A stretch of DNA of 64,000 bases from Haplodiscus bocki. Its lineage: Eukaryota. The notes beneath the pieces were generated by a model. The model saw nothing but the letters and a program-made list of their open reading frames with translations, was not told the origin of the DNA and did no database searches. Each line of letters starts with the position of its first letter. The first letter of the stretch is position 1. Position numbers and translations under genes: made by a program. The stretch is taken from the NCBI GenBank assembly GCA_965655095.1, contig OZ296649.1, positions 11,780,001-11,844,000 of the forward strand. The letters run 5' to 3'. Shown here one piece after another: positions 27,370 to 37,719 of the stretch.

Positions 27370-28360
27370 TTACAATGAATTATTGGTGCTCTGCTCGTTG
27401 TCTTTCTCGAACCGTACAAGCTCGCTCTCGTAGAATTTCCCTTGAACCAACTGTTTTTGCATTATCCGAGTGAAAAAGTAGGGGGATTCAGTTTTTCCAC
27501 TGCTGCAACCTGGAATACCTCCCAGTAATTTGGATTCCATATCCACAATGGATCAGATCAAATTTGCCCCGAATCTTAACGCTTTGTCCAAATTTGAACT
27601 TTGATTTTTCGGAGGGGTTACAATTTAGTAAGGATGCTAGAAACGATTTGTCATATATGTTCACTTGGTTTGGTGGCGGGTTGGTGACACGCTTGACTCT
27701 AGAATTTATGTTAACAAAGGCTTGTAATTGTTCATGATACACATCATTGTTGTTTTTGTGAAGGGATTTGAATTTTAGAATTTTGGTTGATCTAAAAATC
27801 CTTTCAGCAAACACCGATTTGGTTTCACTGCAAGTCGAATAGAATTGAGTTCTGGATTGTTAACAAAAGTTGGAAAACTCACGTGGAAACTACCAGCTTT
27901 CATCTACACAAATCTTTTCTGGGTTTAGTGATACAGGCCTCGAACCCAGGCAGAACAGAGGTTGCAAAACAGGTGGGCGGCGTTCACTGCACTTAATGAC
28001 GTCAATCAGGGCTTGTCGACAGGCTGCTGCTGTTTTTTGTTTATGTTAAAAACCCACAGGAACCGGCTGAAAGTATTTACTACAACCAAACCAAAACGTT
28101 AGTCTCTGAATAAATTTGAGAGCTGCAGCACATCGGCCAAATCAATTGAACGGATTTCATTGAGTCAGTAGTTTTGAATTGTTAGTCCTGTGAAGTTTCT
28201 TCGAGCTAGTTTAAATTTTGTGTATGTTTCAATTTTCTGTAAGAAATAGTCATTCTGTTTGGAGGCGGAAATTGACTCTTTGTTTAGGGAGCTCCTACTT
28301 TCCATTTATGCAGGATTTTGCCAAGAAGTGTATATGTTATGCAGCTCAATGTAAGCGATC
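27370..28360 (-). pseudogene. Polinton retroviral-like (rve) integrase
   Basis: NEIRSIDLADV, PEKICVDE..EFSNFC, YSTCSETKSVFAERIFRS, KFKFGQSVKI..GY. Confidence 0.87.
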
Positions 28361-29626
28361 GTTTCTTGAGTCGCTTGAACTAAACGACGCGTTCTTGAAG
28401 ACTTTGAACACAAATTTTTCTCCCCAAATTTTGCGTACTCGGTTACAGTTGTCAATTCACTGCTTTGGTAATGAACCCAACCGCAAACGTTGCACCAAAT
28501 GGAGTTTTTTACGCGATCCTTCTCGGAGAAGTTTTCGGCAATTGCCAGAAGTGTTTTTTGCTTCTCGCAGGTGCTTTTCGTCGCTTAATCATGATAAACG
28601 TAAACTGCCGATTCGTGGGATCACCTTGAGACTGGTTTAGTTCGGTATAGACGCAGCCATTTAACGTGTTCAATATTGGGTCGATGATATGATTTGCGCA
28701 GCCTTTCATCGACCTCGTTTCATCTACTTTTCATTTCTGAGGTCACTTTTTTTCAGAAGTGTTTACGAGAAAACTTTTTTTAAACGCAAACGCTTCATTC
28801 TTCATTAAGTCCAGGCTTAATTTGTCAATCTTGTTAGTAGCTATTCAAATATCCGAAAAAAACTGCCAATCCTGTGTCTGTATCATGTAAGTAGATTCAC
28901 CCAAAATGATGTAGTTGTTAGAAACATGTTCACTACGGCTGATTTTTCTATTTTTGACCAATTTGTAGAGCTCTCTCGACCTTTCCAATAATCAACCTGC
29001 AAGAAAAGAAATCTAAAATAACTTTTTCTCAGTTCACAGCTGTCGCTACCGTCTCAGTGCGTTTGGAGTCAGAGACATTGCTCGTTGTTTCTTTGCTGAA
29101 CCTGATTTTCAAAATCATTCGCGCACTTCTTGATGCTCTTCGAAGTGTTGTGGAGTTTCGATTGAGTTTTCGAGGGTTAGTTTCGCACATGTTTCTGAAC
29201 TCCTACTTCTAGTGTGATTGAGGTTCACGGAACGTGGATGTGAATTGAGATTTTGGATTCGTCGATTGTTATAAGGATAAAGTCTTTTGTCCTACCACTC
29301 GATGCTATGGCGTTTCTCTAAAAGTCGAGAAATTGAAGGTTGTATCAAAGGCAGCAGTTTAAATCCTTGGCTAGCTGACAAATTTTGTCACTCTCGCATT
29401 AATCCCACCTTCTTGTTACAAAAAATTTTCATCCATCTTCTGTGCCTCCCAAATTTTTTCTCGGACACATTCTCAGCCCTTGCAATGAGTCCACCGACGG
29501 TGTTCGAATGACAGTTACAGAAAAGTTTTATGAGTTTTTTTCAACAATGTAAACGATACAATTGCCTAATTATTGGTTTCAACGTTACAAAAAACTCAAC
29601 ATTTAAAGCTCTTGATGACTGATTGG

Positions 29627-30320
29627 TCAAGTTTTTCTCTGTTGTTCCTTGATGATAAAGAAAACCGATGGTCCAGTTCCTGAGCGGATGGAGCAAAATG
29701 TTAGTTTAGCATGTGTGTGAGAATCAAAGTCAATCATCATATGACCGAAAGGGGCCTGTGTTGCCTTCTCATATGCGCCGATTAGTAGTTGTCGATCACT
29801 CATCTGTCGGCCGAGCACACCTATCTGTTCCACGTCACGGGGGCTCTAGAACAAAATCATCCTTGTGGCAATCAGTTCGATTGTTTTTGAAAGCTTTGAT
29901 TGTTGAAAAAGATGGTTTTACAGTGCAATCAAATGAAGAATTCGATATCTTCCCACAATTACCGAGGGTAAAAAGTATTCAATTTCGCCGGCTTGTTGAT
30001 ACAATTTGTCAAGTGACACAAGTATTCTTAGCTTTCGAGCTTAGCATTTTTCAACTGGTGACCAATTAAGGCACCGCTAAAACTCGATGGATTTTTTGTC
30101 AATCTCATAGTTGACCAAGAGGGTGTCCAAAGGTTCCTGGTAATGATTATATTGATAAACAAATTTGTTGAACATAATTGAAAAATTTTGCAATGATTCT
30201 TAAGATATTCAATGTCAGATGCGTTTTTACGCTCCCGCATGGTCCTACAATGAAAATGAAACAATGACGGTTGGTGCGAATTCGCCTATCCGTTGATTTC
30301 CTCTCGGTACCAAGTAACCG
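29627..30320 (-). pseudogene. Polinton A32-like packaging ATPase
   Basis: Walker A FIVGPCGSVKT; C-terminal SPRDVEQIGVLGRQ..AYEKATQAPFGHMMIDF. Confidence 0.88.
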
Positions 30321-30324
30321 ATTC

Positions 30325-32232
30325 ATGTAGACAAAATTGCGATAATCCCAGCTTTTATTGAACTGTTCGTAGCGCAACCTAGGTATGCAATGGAGAATAG
30401 AAGAGCACCAATGGTGAAATAATGAAAGAACTAAAAAAGAGCGGTTAGATTGAATTTAGCCCGAAGAGCAGCCTCCATTGAACTGCAATGGAGGTCACTT
30501 TCACTAACATCAAAGATTATATCATTTGTTGGGGTGATCTGCCAAATCTACGTTTACAGGCTGGACTGTCGATTCCTGTCATTTCGGATACTGAGGTCGT
30601 AGTGTGTTTTTTCATTGGGATAAAATGTTTCTGGATACTTTCAAGTTGAATGTGACATGAAATGTTTTGTTTAGTTTTACTAGCTCAGTTAAAGCCAGCC
30701 GATTATTCGATTTCTTACCATTGGTGTTTTGCTCAACCAAAGTTTTGGGATCTTGCGTCAAAAGAGGAGCCTTCAGCAATACTCCTTCGGAAATAGGTAA
30801 TGAGATGGTAATCAAAGGCAGCTCCAGTGCAACTGACGATTTCGCCAATTTTTGTGATGATTAGAATGCAAACTGCTCGTAATGTGTGCCGTGGAACAAC
30901 TTCAGAGCACGCTACTACGTTAAACCAGATAAATATCCAAGCGGCATGTTAATCACGAAAAGTAGTTTTTCTGTAACTGCGTCAACTAGAAACTACATCA
31001 AAATTACACTTCATGAACACAAACAAAGTCGTTAAAAATCGCATGCATACGGAGAAGTTTGAATTAACCCGAGCATCGATCCAAGTAATATTTGCCGGGA
31101 CCTATAAGCCCACCATAAGGAGCGAAATAGTTTATATCATGGAGACTTACCTTTCTTTCTAGACAGTAACAAGATGCCAGAAAGGCGTTTTTACTTTCCG
31201 GATTTCTCGTAAAGGACCATTTAAAGGGTTGAAATTGTTTTTCATTTACTGTGCATCAACTAATTCTCGCATGAATTCTAGGTATCCGAAAAAGCAACTG
31301 CTTTTGTCAAGTTTTCAACTGATAATGAACTGGTTACACAAATTGAGCATTTTCGTCTATGGAAGAAAACAAACTAGGATCAAATTTGGTGATTTTCTCT
31401 CTTTAACTTCGAATGCAGAGTCTGAAGCTTCAGTGCAATCAGAACACCGGCACTGAGCATGGGAATAGCCAAAATCTACATTGGAACCTTAATATGGTGT
31501 GCAATGTTGATGTTCCCAAAAGCACGTTGAAGTAAGTGCATAAAATCAATCACACAATCTTCGAAGACTACGTTGGACTTCTGCAGTTCCGCTATTTTTC
31601 TGCACAAATAAGATAGTTTCTCGGAGAGTTCATTAACGTCAATTTCAGTTGAACAAGACCGCTGAAATTCTCACACATTCAACTTGACATCCCAAGTATT
31701 TTGTCGATTTAGTTTGCAACATCGATTTCATTCTCTTGCCATGTATGAAGAGTCGGTTGCCTCCATAACTTCTCTCCCTTGAAACAGTTTTCCGATACGA
31801 TACTGTAAAAAACTTCACGAAGCCAATTCGAATTTTAAAGGTGGTTTTGCTCGTGATATTTTCACTGTTGCTTTCCTTCATGAAGTTTTCTGCTCCCACG
31901 AAAGATTTCAAGTAGAGGAAAATATGATAATGTTCTCCAGTAAAATTCAAACAAACATCTTGTTTCAGCATAAATTGCTGGGTTTTGGCAACGTATGCTG
32001 TATTCACAATGTGTGCTGCTCAGCAGGGTTTTAGGAAGCGACAATAGCTGTGGGCCAATTTTGGTTGCCGAAACTTTCGCATACTCAACGTTTTCCAAAG
32101 GATTCTCTTCATGCTCTTTCCATTCTCCTCCTTCAGTAAATGAGGAAACCAAGTAATGGAATTGTGATGGAACTTCACTCAGAACACTTGTGATCGCAAA
32201 ATTTCACAGTAGAACGGTCAAGGATTTTTCAT
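30325..32232 (-). pseudogene. Decayed type-I membrane glycoprotein-like gene (possible fusogen) inside the Polinton
   Basis: Reconstructed signal peptide MKKSLTVLL*NFAITSVLS/EVP (one frameshift), heptad-like DVNELSEKLSYLCRKIAELQKSN, LLFVINMPL, scattered Cys, and C-terminal hydrophobic FFHYFTIGALLFSIAYLGC. Many stops and frameshifts, so the reconstruction is tentative. Confidence 0.4.
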
Positions 32233-33573
32233 TTCTATGGTTTTTTCCGAAAACAATTGACATTGTTGCCAGCACAGTTCCACTGCCGTTCTGGTGGTTT
32301 CGGTGATCGTCCGAGAACAATGTGCTTTGGATGTTGGACTGTGCTAGCTGCGAATTGGTTTAACAACAAATTGGTCTCTGGTGGGGAGTCGATTTTTTCG
32401 ACTCCTCATATTTGAAATTAACAATTATTTTTCATTCTTCTTCGCGCTTCTCCTGGTTTACGATCTTCGGAATTTATCGAATGCAAACTTAGTATGGATC
32501 AAATGTTGCAGGTTAATTTTGCATATTTAACAAGTCAAAAATTAAAATCTAACATCGTTTAAATTATGCCACTCCTACTTCAGTTTGTTTTAGTTCAAAC
32601 AGCTGTCATGGCTGTCGCAAGAATAAACTAGCCAAGCTGTTGGAGTTGTCATCAAGTGAAACTACGAGTTGGTAACGTATTAAGATTGAGGAGCAATAAG
32701 TGGCTCTAACGGCACGTCCTATATATATACTTACTGATTCTTTGATCCATCGTCTTTAATCATGTCGTTCCACAGATGCAAAAACTGCTGGAGAAATTAT
32801 TCAGTGACAATATTGAATTAGCTAATTGAACTATTTGAAAAAATTAATTGTATTTTGAATATTCGTCTGGGATCTCCCATGAGATGAGTCAAGATTCCAG
32901 AGAAGAGGGTGTCAATTGAATTGAGTCTAATCTATTAAATTACTCGTCCAGTCCACTACTGACGTTTCCACTATTCACTGACTGGTCCGACAGTTCTCGT
33001 CGAGTAGCTGGGAAAGCACCAGAATTTTGCAAGTCGCTGAAATATTTTCTCATTAAATTGATTGATCGTTTTCAAATTACACCTTTAAATTGACTGTAAT
33101 GTTCTGACAGCGCTAATTAGCGGTTAGCCAAGTGAAAACGATTCATCAGTGACGGATCATTTTATTAGCAGTTTTCCAGATGGCATATTTTGTTCCGAAA
33201 GCTAGTCTTCAGAATTGAAGCAGCGGAAAGTCATATCACATTCACATGAATTCTCAGAACTTCTACACAGATCATGTTAGGTATGTCGGCGACCATGGGC
33301 ATTGTAAAGTCAAAATAGGTTTCTCATTAGTACAAAATGTTTGAGAACAGTGAGCCGCAATAGAACGCTAATGTTTTTATTTTTGCAAACACTAATTCTC
33401 AAAAACAACGATCGTTAAACTAGCCTAAGAACCATGCCTCTATGCAATCAATAGAATTCTGAATTTCCAAAAATAAGCATTGAACGCTCAGAATTCAGCA
33501 TAGTAAACTTCGTATTGAGCGAAATTAAGACAAACTTGAGAAAATTTGCTTTACTACATGTACCTGTTAACGA

Positions 33574-33650
33574 AGATTGAACAGTAGTGGAAATAGAGAC
33601 AGATGCGAACTAGATTGAACAGTAGTGGAAATAGAGACAGATGCGAACTA
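33574..33650. repeat. 38-bp direct tandem duplication
   Basis: AGATTGAACAGTAGTGGAAATAGAGACAGATGCGAACT x2. Confidence 0.95.
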
Positions 33651-33752
33651 AGTTTTCTACTACTGATTTACTTTCATTGATTTCAATTTACTTCGAAGCG
33701 TAAGTGGATACTTCTCCGAGGCGAAGTCAATATATATGAAATAAAACAAATA

Positions 33753-34411
33753 CAGTAGTGTTTAAAAAGAATGGAGCTCCTATGCATAAATTGACCAACT
33801 TTAGACATCAATATCTGTGAAACTATTCGAAATGGTTACTTTTGGTAGAAAGAAAAGTTTCTTAGATTTTTATCTAGTTTACAATCGTTTTGCGACCAAT
33901 AGAGGAAAAGTTAGAAATGGTCATTTTTGGACAAATTTAATTAAATTTCGTGTATTTTTGATATTTAAAGTCCTCAATGAAATTTTGTTTCGATAAAATT
34001 TGTACGTAAATGTTCATCTAAATGTCTTGAAACCATTAATATTCTTCGTTTTCAAAAATATTTCAAATTGCGCATAAAATGGCTGCTTTTATACAACGAA
34101 ATTTGGAATTACATTTTAAGATAGGTTTTAAGATTTGTATTTTGAAAATTTGCGAATTCTATTTATATTCAAAATATTTCGGCAATCAAAATATATCACA
34201 GAATTCAAGAAATTCTGGGGAATTTTTGTGGTACATAATTTTTTGGAAAAGTTTTTTTCAAACTTGGTCAAACTTCAAAAAAACGACAGCGATTACCAAA
34301 ATTGGCAAATATTAACCAATGAGATTGCGAATTGAGAGCAAATAACGAGATCCTATTGGCTGAGAAGCGTCAGCGGACGCTCTTGAGCTCCATTCTTTAA
34401 AAACACTACTG
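33753..34411. mobile_element. Tc1/pogo-like MITE
   Basis: 27-bp TIR CAGTAGTGTTTAAAAAGAATGGAGCTC (2 mismatches) with TA on both sides; same CAGTAGTG terminus as the element at 12840. Confidence 0.88.
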
Positions 34412-34469
34412 TACGTAGAAACTAACCGGTTCACTTTACTGCTTAACCAGCTAAATATGAATCGATTTG

Positions 34470-35823
34470 CGAAATATGCTCGAAAAAGCTTCAAGAAATT
34501 TAGAAGTAAAGTCTTCCTCGGAAATATCCGATGTGAGAGCATAAAATTGGTTTACACAAGGATAAAATGCATTTCGAGGATTACTTCATCATCCTTAAAT
34601 ACAAGATCTGAAATTAAAAACCTCACATAGTTAGTTGGATGACACACTTATGTAACAAAGGTGGGCGTCAGAATTTGAGATAAATAACTGGCATGCCCAA
34701 TTTACCGAAGAGCAAGGAAAGAATGGCGTCAATGCGGAAAAACTTGCAGTCATGCTGGCTTGAAATTGAATTTCCATGGCGCAGTTTGTTCGCCGTATAA
34801 AAATTCGAGGTTACAGATCTTGGTCATAGAATTTATTGAGCGTTTTCAAATTAGTCAGTTCAGTTCCATGATGGGAAGTGCCAACCCAAGTCACTTTTGG
34901 AGATGAATGAGTATCTGCGAAATTTCCACTATACTATTTCTTTGCAAATCATTCATGAAGCTGATTAACGGTGACAATAGGGAAACTGACACAGATGCGA
35001 CGCTGCGCTTCACAACACTTGCGCCAACGGAAAACTAGTGAACATATCGAAAAAACAACTGATTTCTGGAGGGGTCACGATAATACGAATATCAACTGTA
35101 CAAAAACTCAGTAAATTCTAGTACATTTATATGCAAGAGACGCTATAGTACGTCCCTTCAATCGCTTGATATTTTAAATGAAAATACTAATTCTCAAGCG
35201 ATAATATCACAGTCAGTAGAACATGCAGAGAAAAGATCTGCCATCACGCGCTATTCTTATACCAGATGAACTGCCGGAAAATGTAAGTTGAATGGTTTAC
35301 CTTCCAAGATGTTTTCCATTCGAGTGGTTGTTCAGATCACTTGTCCGGAATGTAACTCTCGCCATGTCGGCCAAACGGCCCGACATGGAAGTACTCGTCT
35401 GCAGAGCACAGTAAGCATTTCTAATTACTCCAGAGGAGCTTACCATCTACATTCAAAACTTATTTTCTCAAATTAAAATACTCTAGAGCGAGCTACCAGA
35501 TTTCCCTTGACCTTGTCTCTTGAAGCCCTGTATGTCCGGAAACTGAAACTTACCTTCAATCCAAGATGTATTTAATCTAAGGAGCTCTCCGAGATTGAGC
35601 TGAATGTGGTCGCAAGAACATTGGTTTTATCAAATGAAGATTTCATCTAACTACATAATGTTTTCTGTTGCTTTTGATTTCGGATATTGTTTCACTGATG
35701 ATGAAGTAATCCTCGAAATGAATTTCATCCGAATGTAATTAATTCTATGCTCTAACATCACATGATATTTCCAAGGAAGATTTTTCTTTTTTCACACCTT
35801 CACGTCTTCTCGAGCAATTTTCG
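34470..35823 (+). mobile_element. Truncated Penelope-like retroelement with inverted 5' pseudo-LTR
   Basis: RT-thumb-like TDTDATLRFTTLAP; GIY-YIG VVVQITCPECNSRHVGQTARHGSTRL and LEALYVRKLKLTFN. A ~125-bp inverted repeat (34470-34593 vs 35697-35823) contains CTGATGA...GAAA. Confidence 0.8.
35690..35735 (+). ncRNA. Degenerate minimal hammerhead ribozyme motif in the Penelope pLTR
   Basis: CTGATGA-tgaagtaatcctc-GAAA-TGAAT-TTCAT-C with near-palindromic stem III and an AUC triplet; stems I and II imperfect. Copies at ~34550-34595 (minus) and ~56662. Confidence 0.5.
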
Positions 35824-36255
35824 TTAGGTTGATGAGCTTAATGCCTAAAAAACTGTAAGCTTGAGAGAGGTCAATTGTCCGTAACAGAATGCCTACAGGT
35901 ATTTTTAATTTGGCAAAAGATTACCCAATCTTGCTCGCATAAATCAAAGACAATCTTTGGAGACATTTCTAAAGTTAGTTTCCAATTTGATGATGTAAGT
36001 GAAAAAAATTAACCTCAAAGTTTGCAGCACAGCTGAATTGTGTGTTAGGTAATTCTCAGTCTGTATTAGCTCGTCTGATATTTCTTTTACTCTGAAATCA
36101 TCAACAAGCTGCACAGAGTACGTTCTCAAGAACGATTATTATTTGACTTGTTTTGTCCATCAAAATAACATTCAGTTAAATCTCTTCAAAACGGAAGTAC
36201 ACACTGAAAAAGTTAAATTATCTCATCGACTATCAATCGATATGAAATTTTGGAT

Positions 36256-36515
36256 GGCTCTTTCCCGTTATCCCCCCCCCCCGCCCTACTGACAAAATTA
36301 TTATCCCCCCTTCCTAGCTGATGCTCAGATGAGCAGTATGGTTGAAGTTTCTGTTTAATATAAAGTTATTGCAAATACCTGTTTGTTTAACTAGCTTCAG
36401 CAAGCAGTCAGCTTCTTGGAGGGTACTTGAGAGTTGTGTATTGTGTGCACAGTCTACTGACTCGCAAAAGACGCTACAGCTTCGATTGGGGGGGGGGGAT
36501 AACGGGAAAAAACCC
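36256..36515. mobile_element. Mutator-like MITE (~260 bp)
   Basis: TIR GGCTCTTTCCCGTTATCCCC / GGGGATAACGGGAAAAAACCC; 9-bp TSD ATTTTGGAT / AATTTGGAT. Confidence 0.85.
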
Positions 36516-36673
36516 AATTTGGATATTTAATGCTCAAACTGCCAAGTATGCCTGAGTTTTTTAAAATTTCCTTTGAAAAATCATCGAAAAATCCCAGCTT
36601 TTTCTAAAATAACCCACATTCTGGACCCAAAATATGTTTTTGGCTGGCGTTGCTTTTCTGAAGAAGTGCCGAC

Positions 36674-36873
36674 NNNNNNNNNNNNNNNNNNNNNNNNNNN
36701 NNNNNNNNNNNNNNNNNNNNNNNNNNNNNNNNNNNNNNNNNNNNNNNNNNNNNNNNNNNNNNNNNNNNNNNNNNNNNNNNNNNNNNNNNNNNNNNNNNNN
36801 NNNNNNNNNNNNNNNNNNNNNNNNNNNNNNNNNNNNNNNNNNNNNNNNNNNNNNNNNNNNNNNNNNNNNNNNN
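36674..36873. other. Assembly gap (200 N)
   Basis: Run of N. Confidence 1.
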
Positions 36874-37719
36874 GTATAAGAATTCGAGGTTACAGATCTT
36901 GGTCATCGAATTTATTGAGCGTTTTCAAATTAGTCAGTTCAGTTCCATGATGGAAAGTGCCAAGCCAAGTCACTTTTGGAGATGAATCAGTACCTGCCAA
37001 ATTTTCACTATACTATTTCTTTGCAAACCATTGATGAAGCTAATTAACGGTGACAATAGGGAAACTGACACAGATGCGACGCTGCGCTTCACAACACTTG
37101 CGCCAACGGAAAACTGGAGAACATATTGAAAAAACAACTGATTTTTGGAGGGGTCACGATAATACGAATATGAGCTGTACAAAAACTCAGTAAATTCTAG
37201 TACATTTATATGCAAGAGACGCTATAGTACTTCAATCGCTTGATATTTTAATAAAAATACTAATTCTCGAGCGATAATATCACAGTCAGTAGAACATGCA
37301 GAGAAAAGATCTGCCATCACGCGCTATTCTTATACCAGATGAACTGCCGGAAAATGTAAGTTGAATGGTTTAACTTCCAAGATGTTTTCCATTCGAGTGG
37401 TTGTTCAGATCAGTTGTCCGGAACGTAACTCTCTCCATGTCGACCAAACGGCTCGACATGGAAGTACTCGTCCGCAGAGCAGAGCAAGCATTTCTAATCA
37501 CTCCAGAGCTTACCATCTACATTCAAAACTTATTTTCTCAAATCAAAATACTCTAGAGCGATCTACCAGATTTCCCTTGACGCCTGTATGTCCGGGAACT
37601 GAAACTTACTCTCAATCCAAGATGTATTTAATCTAAGGAGCTCTCTGATATTGACCTGAATGTGATCGCAAGAGCATTGGTTTTATTAAATGAGCATTTC
37701 ATCTAGCTAACTACATAAT
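36874..37719 (+). mobile_element. Second copy of the Penelope remnant (copy B, left part), interrupted by the LTR element
   Basis: GIY-YIG remnant at 37361-37636; the sequence resumes at 56625. Confidence 0.85.

Larger units (their letters stand above)
18111..32735. mobile_element. Polinton/Maverick (adintovirus-like) endogenous DNA virus, full length but decayed
   Basis: 5' end AGTAGTATAGGA, 3' end TCCTATATATATACTTACT. TIR core TAGGACGTGCC.TTA.AGCCACTTA..GCTCCTCAATCTTAATACGTTACCAACT (18159-18213 vs 32668-32721). Contains remnants of pPolB, protease, MCP, penton, integrase and ATPase. Confidence 0.93.
34795..36652 (+). repeat. Copy A of a ~1.9-kb duplicated segment; the empty site for the LTR element
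   Basis: Matches 36874-37719 plus 56625-57621 (Penelope, hammerhead motif, same MULE MITE with same TSD) with a few percent divergence. Confidence 0.92.

Noticed and set aside
36573-36950. ORFs spanning poly-X
   Set aside because: They read through the assembly gap.
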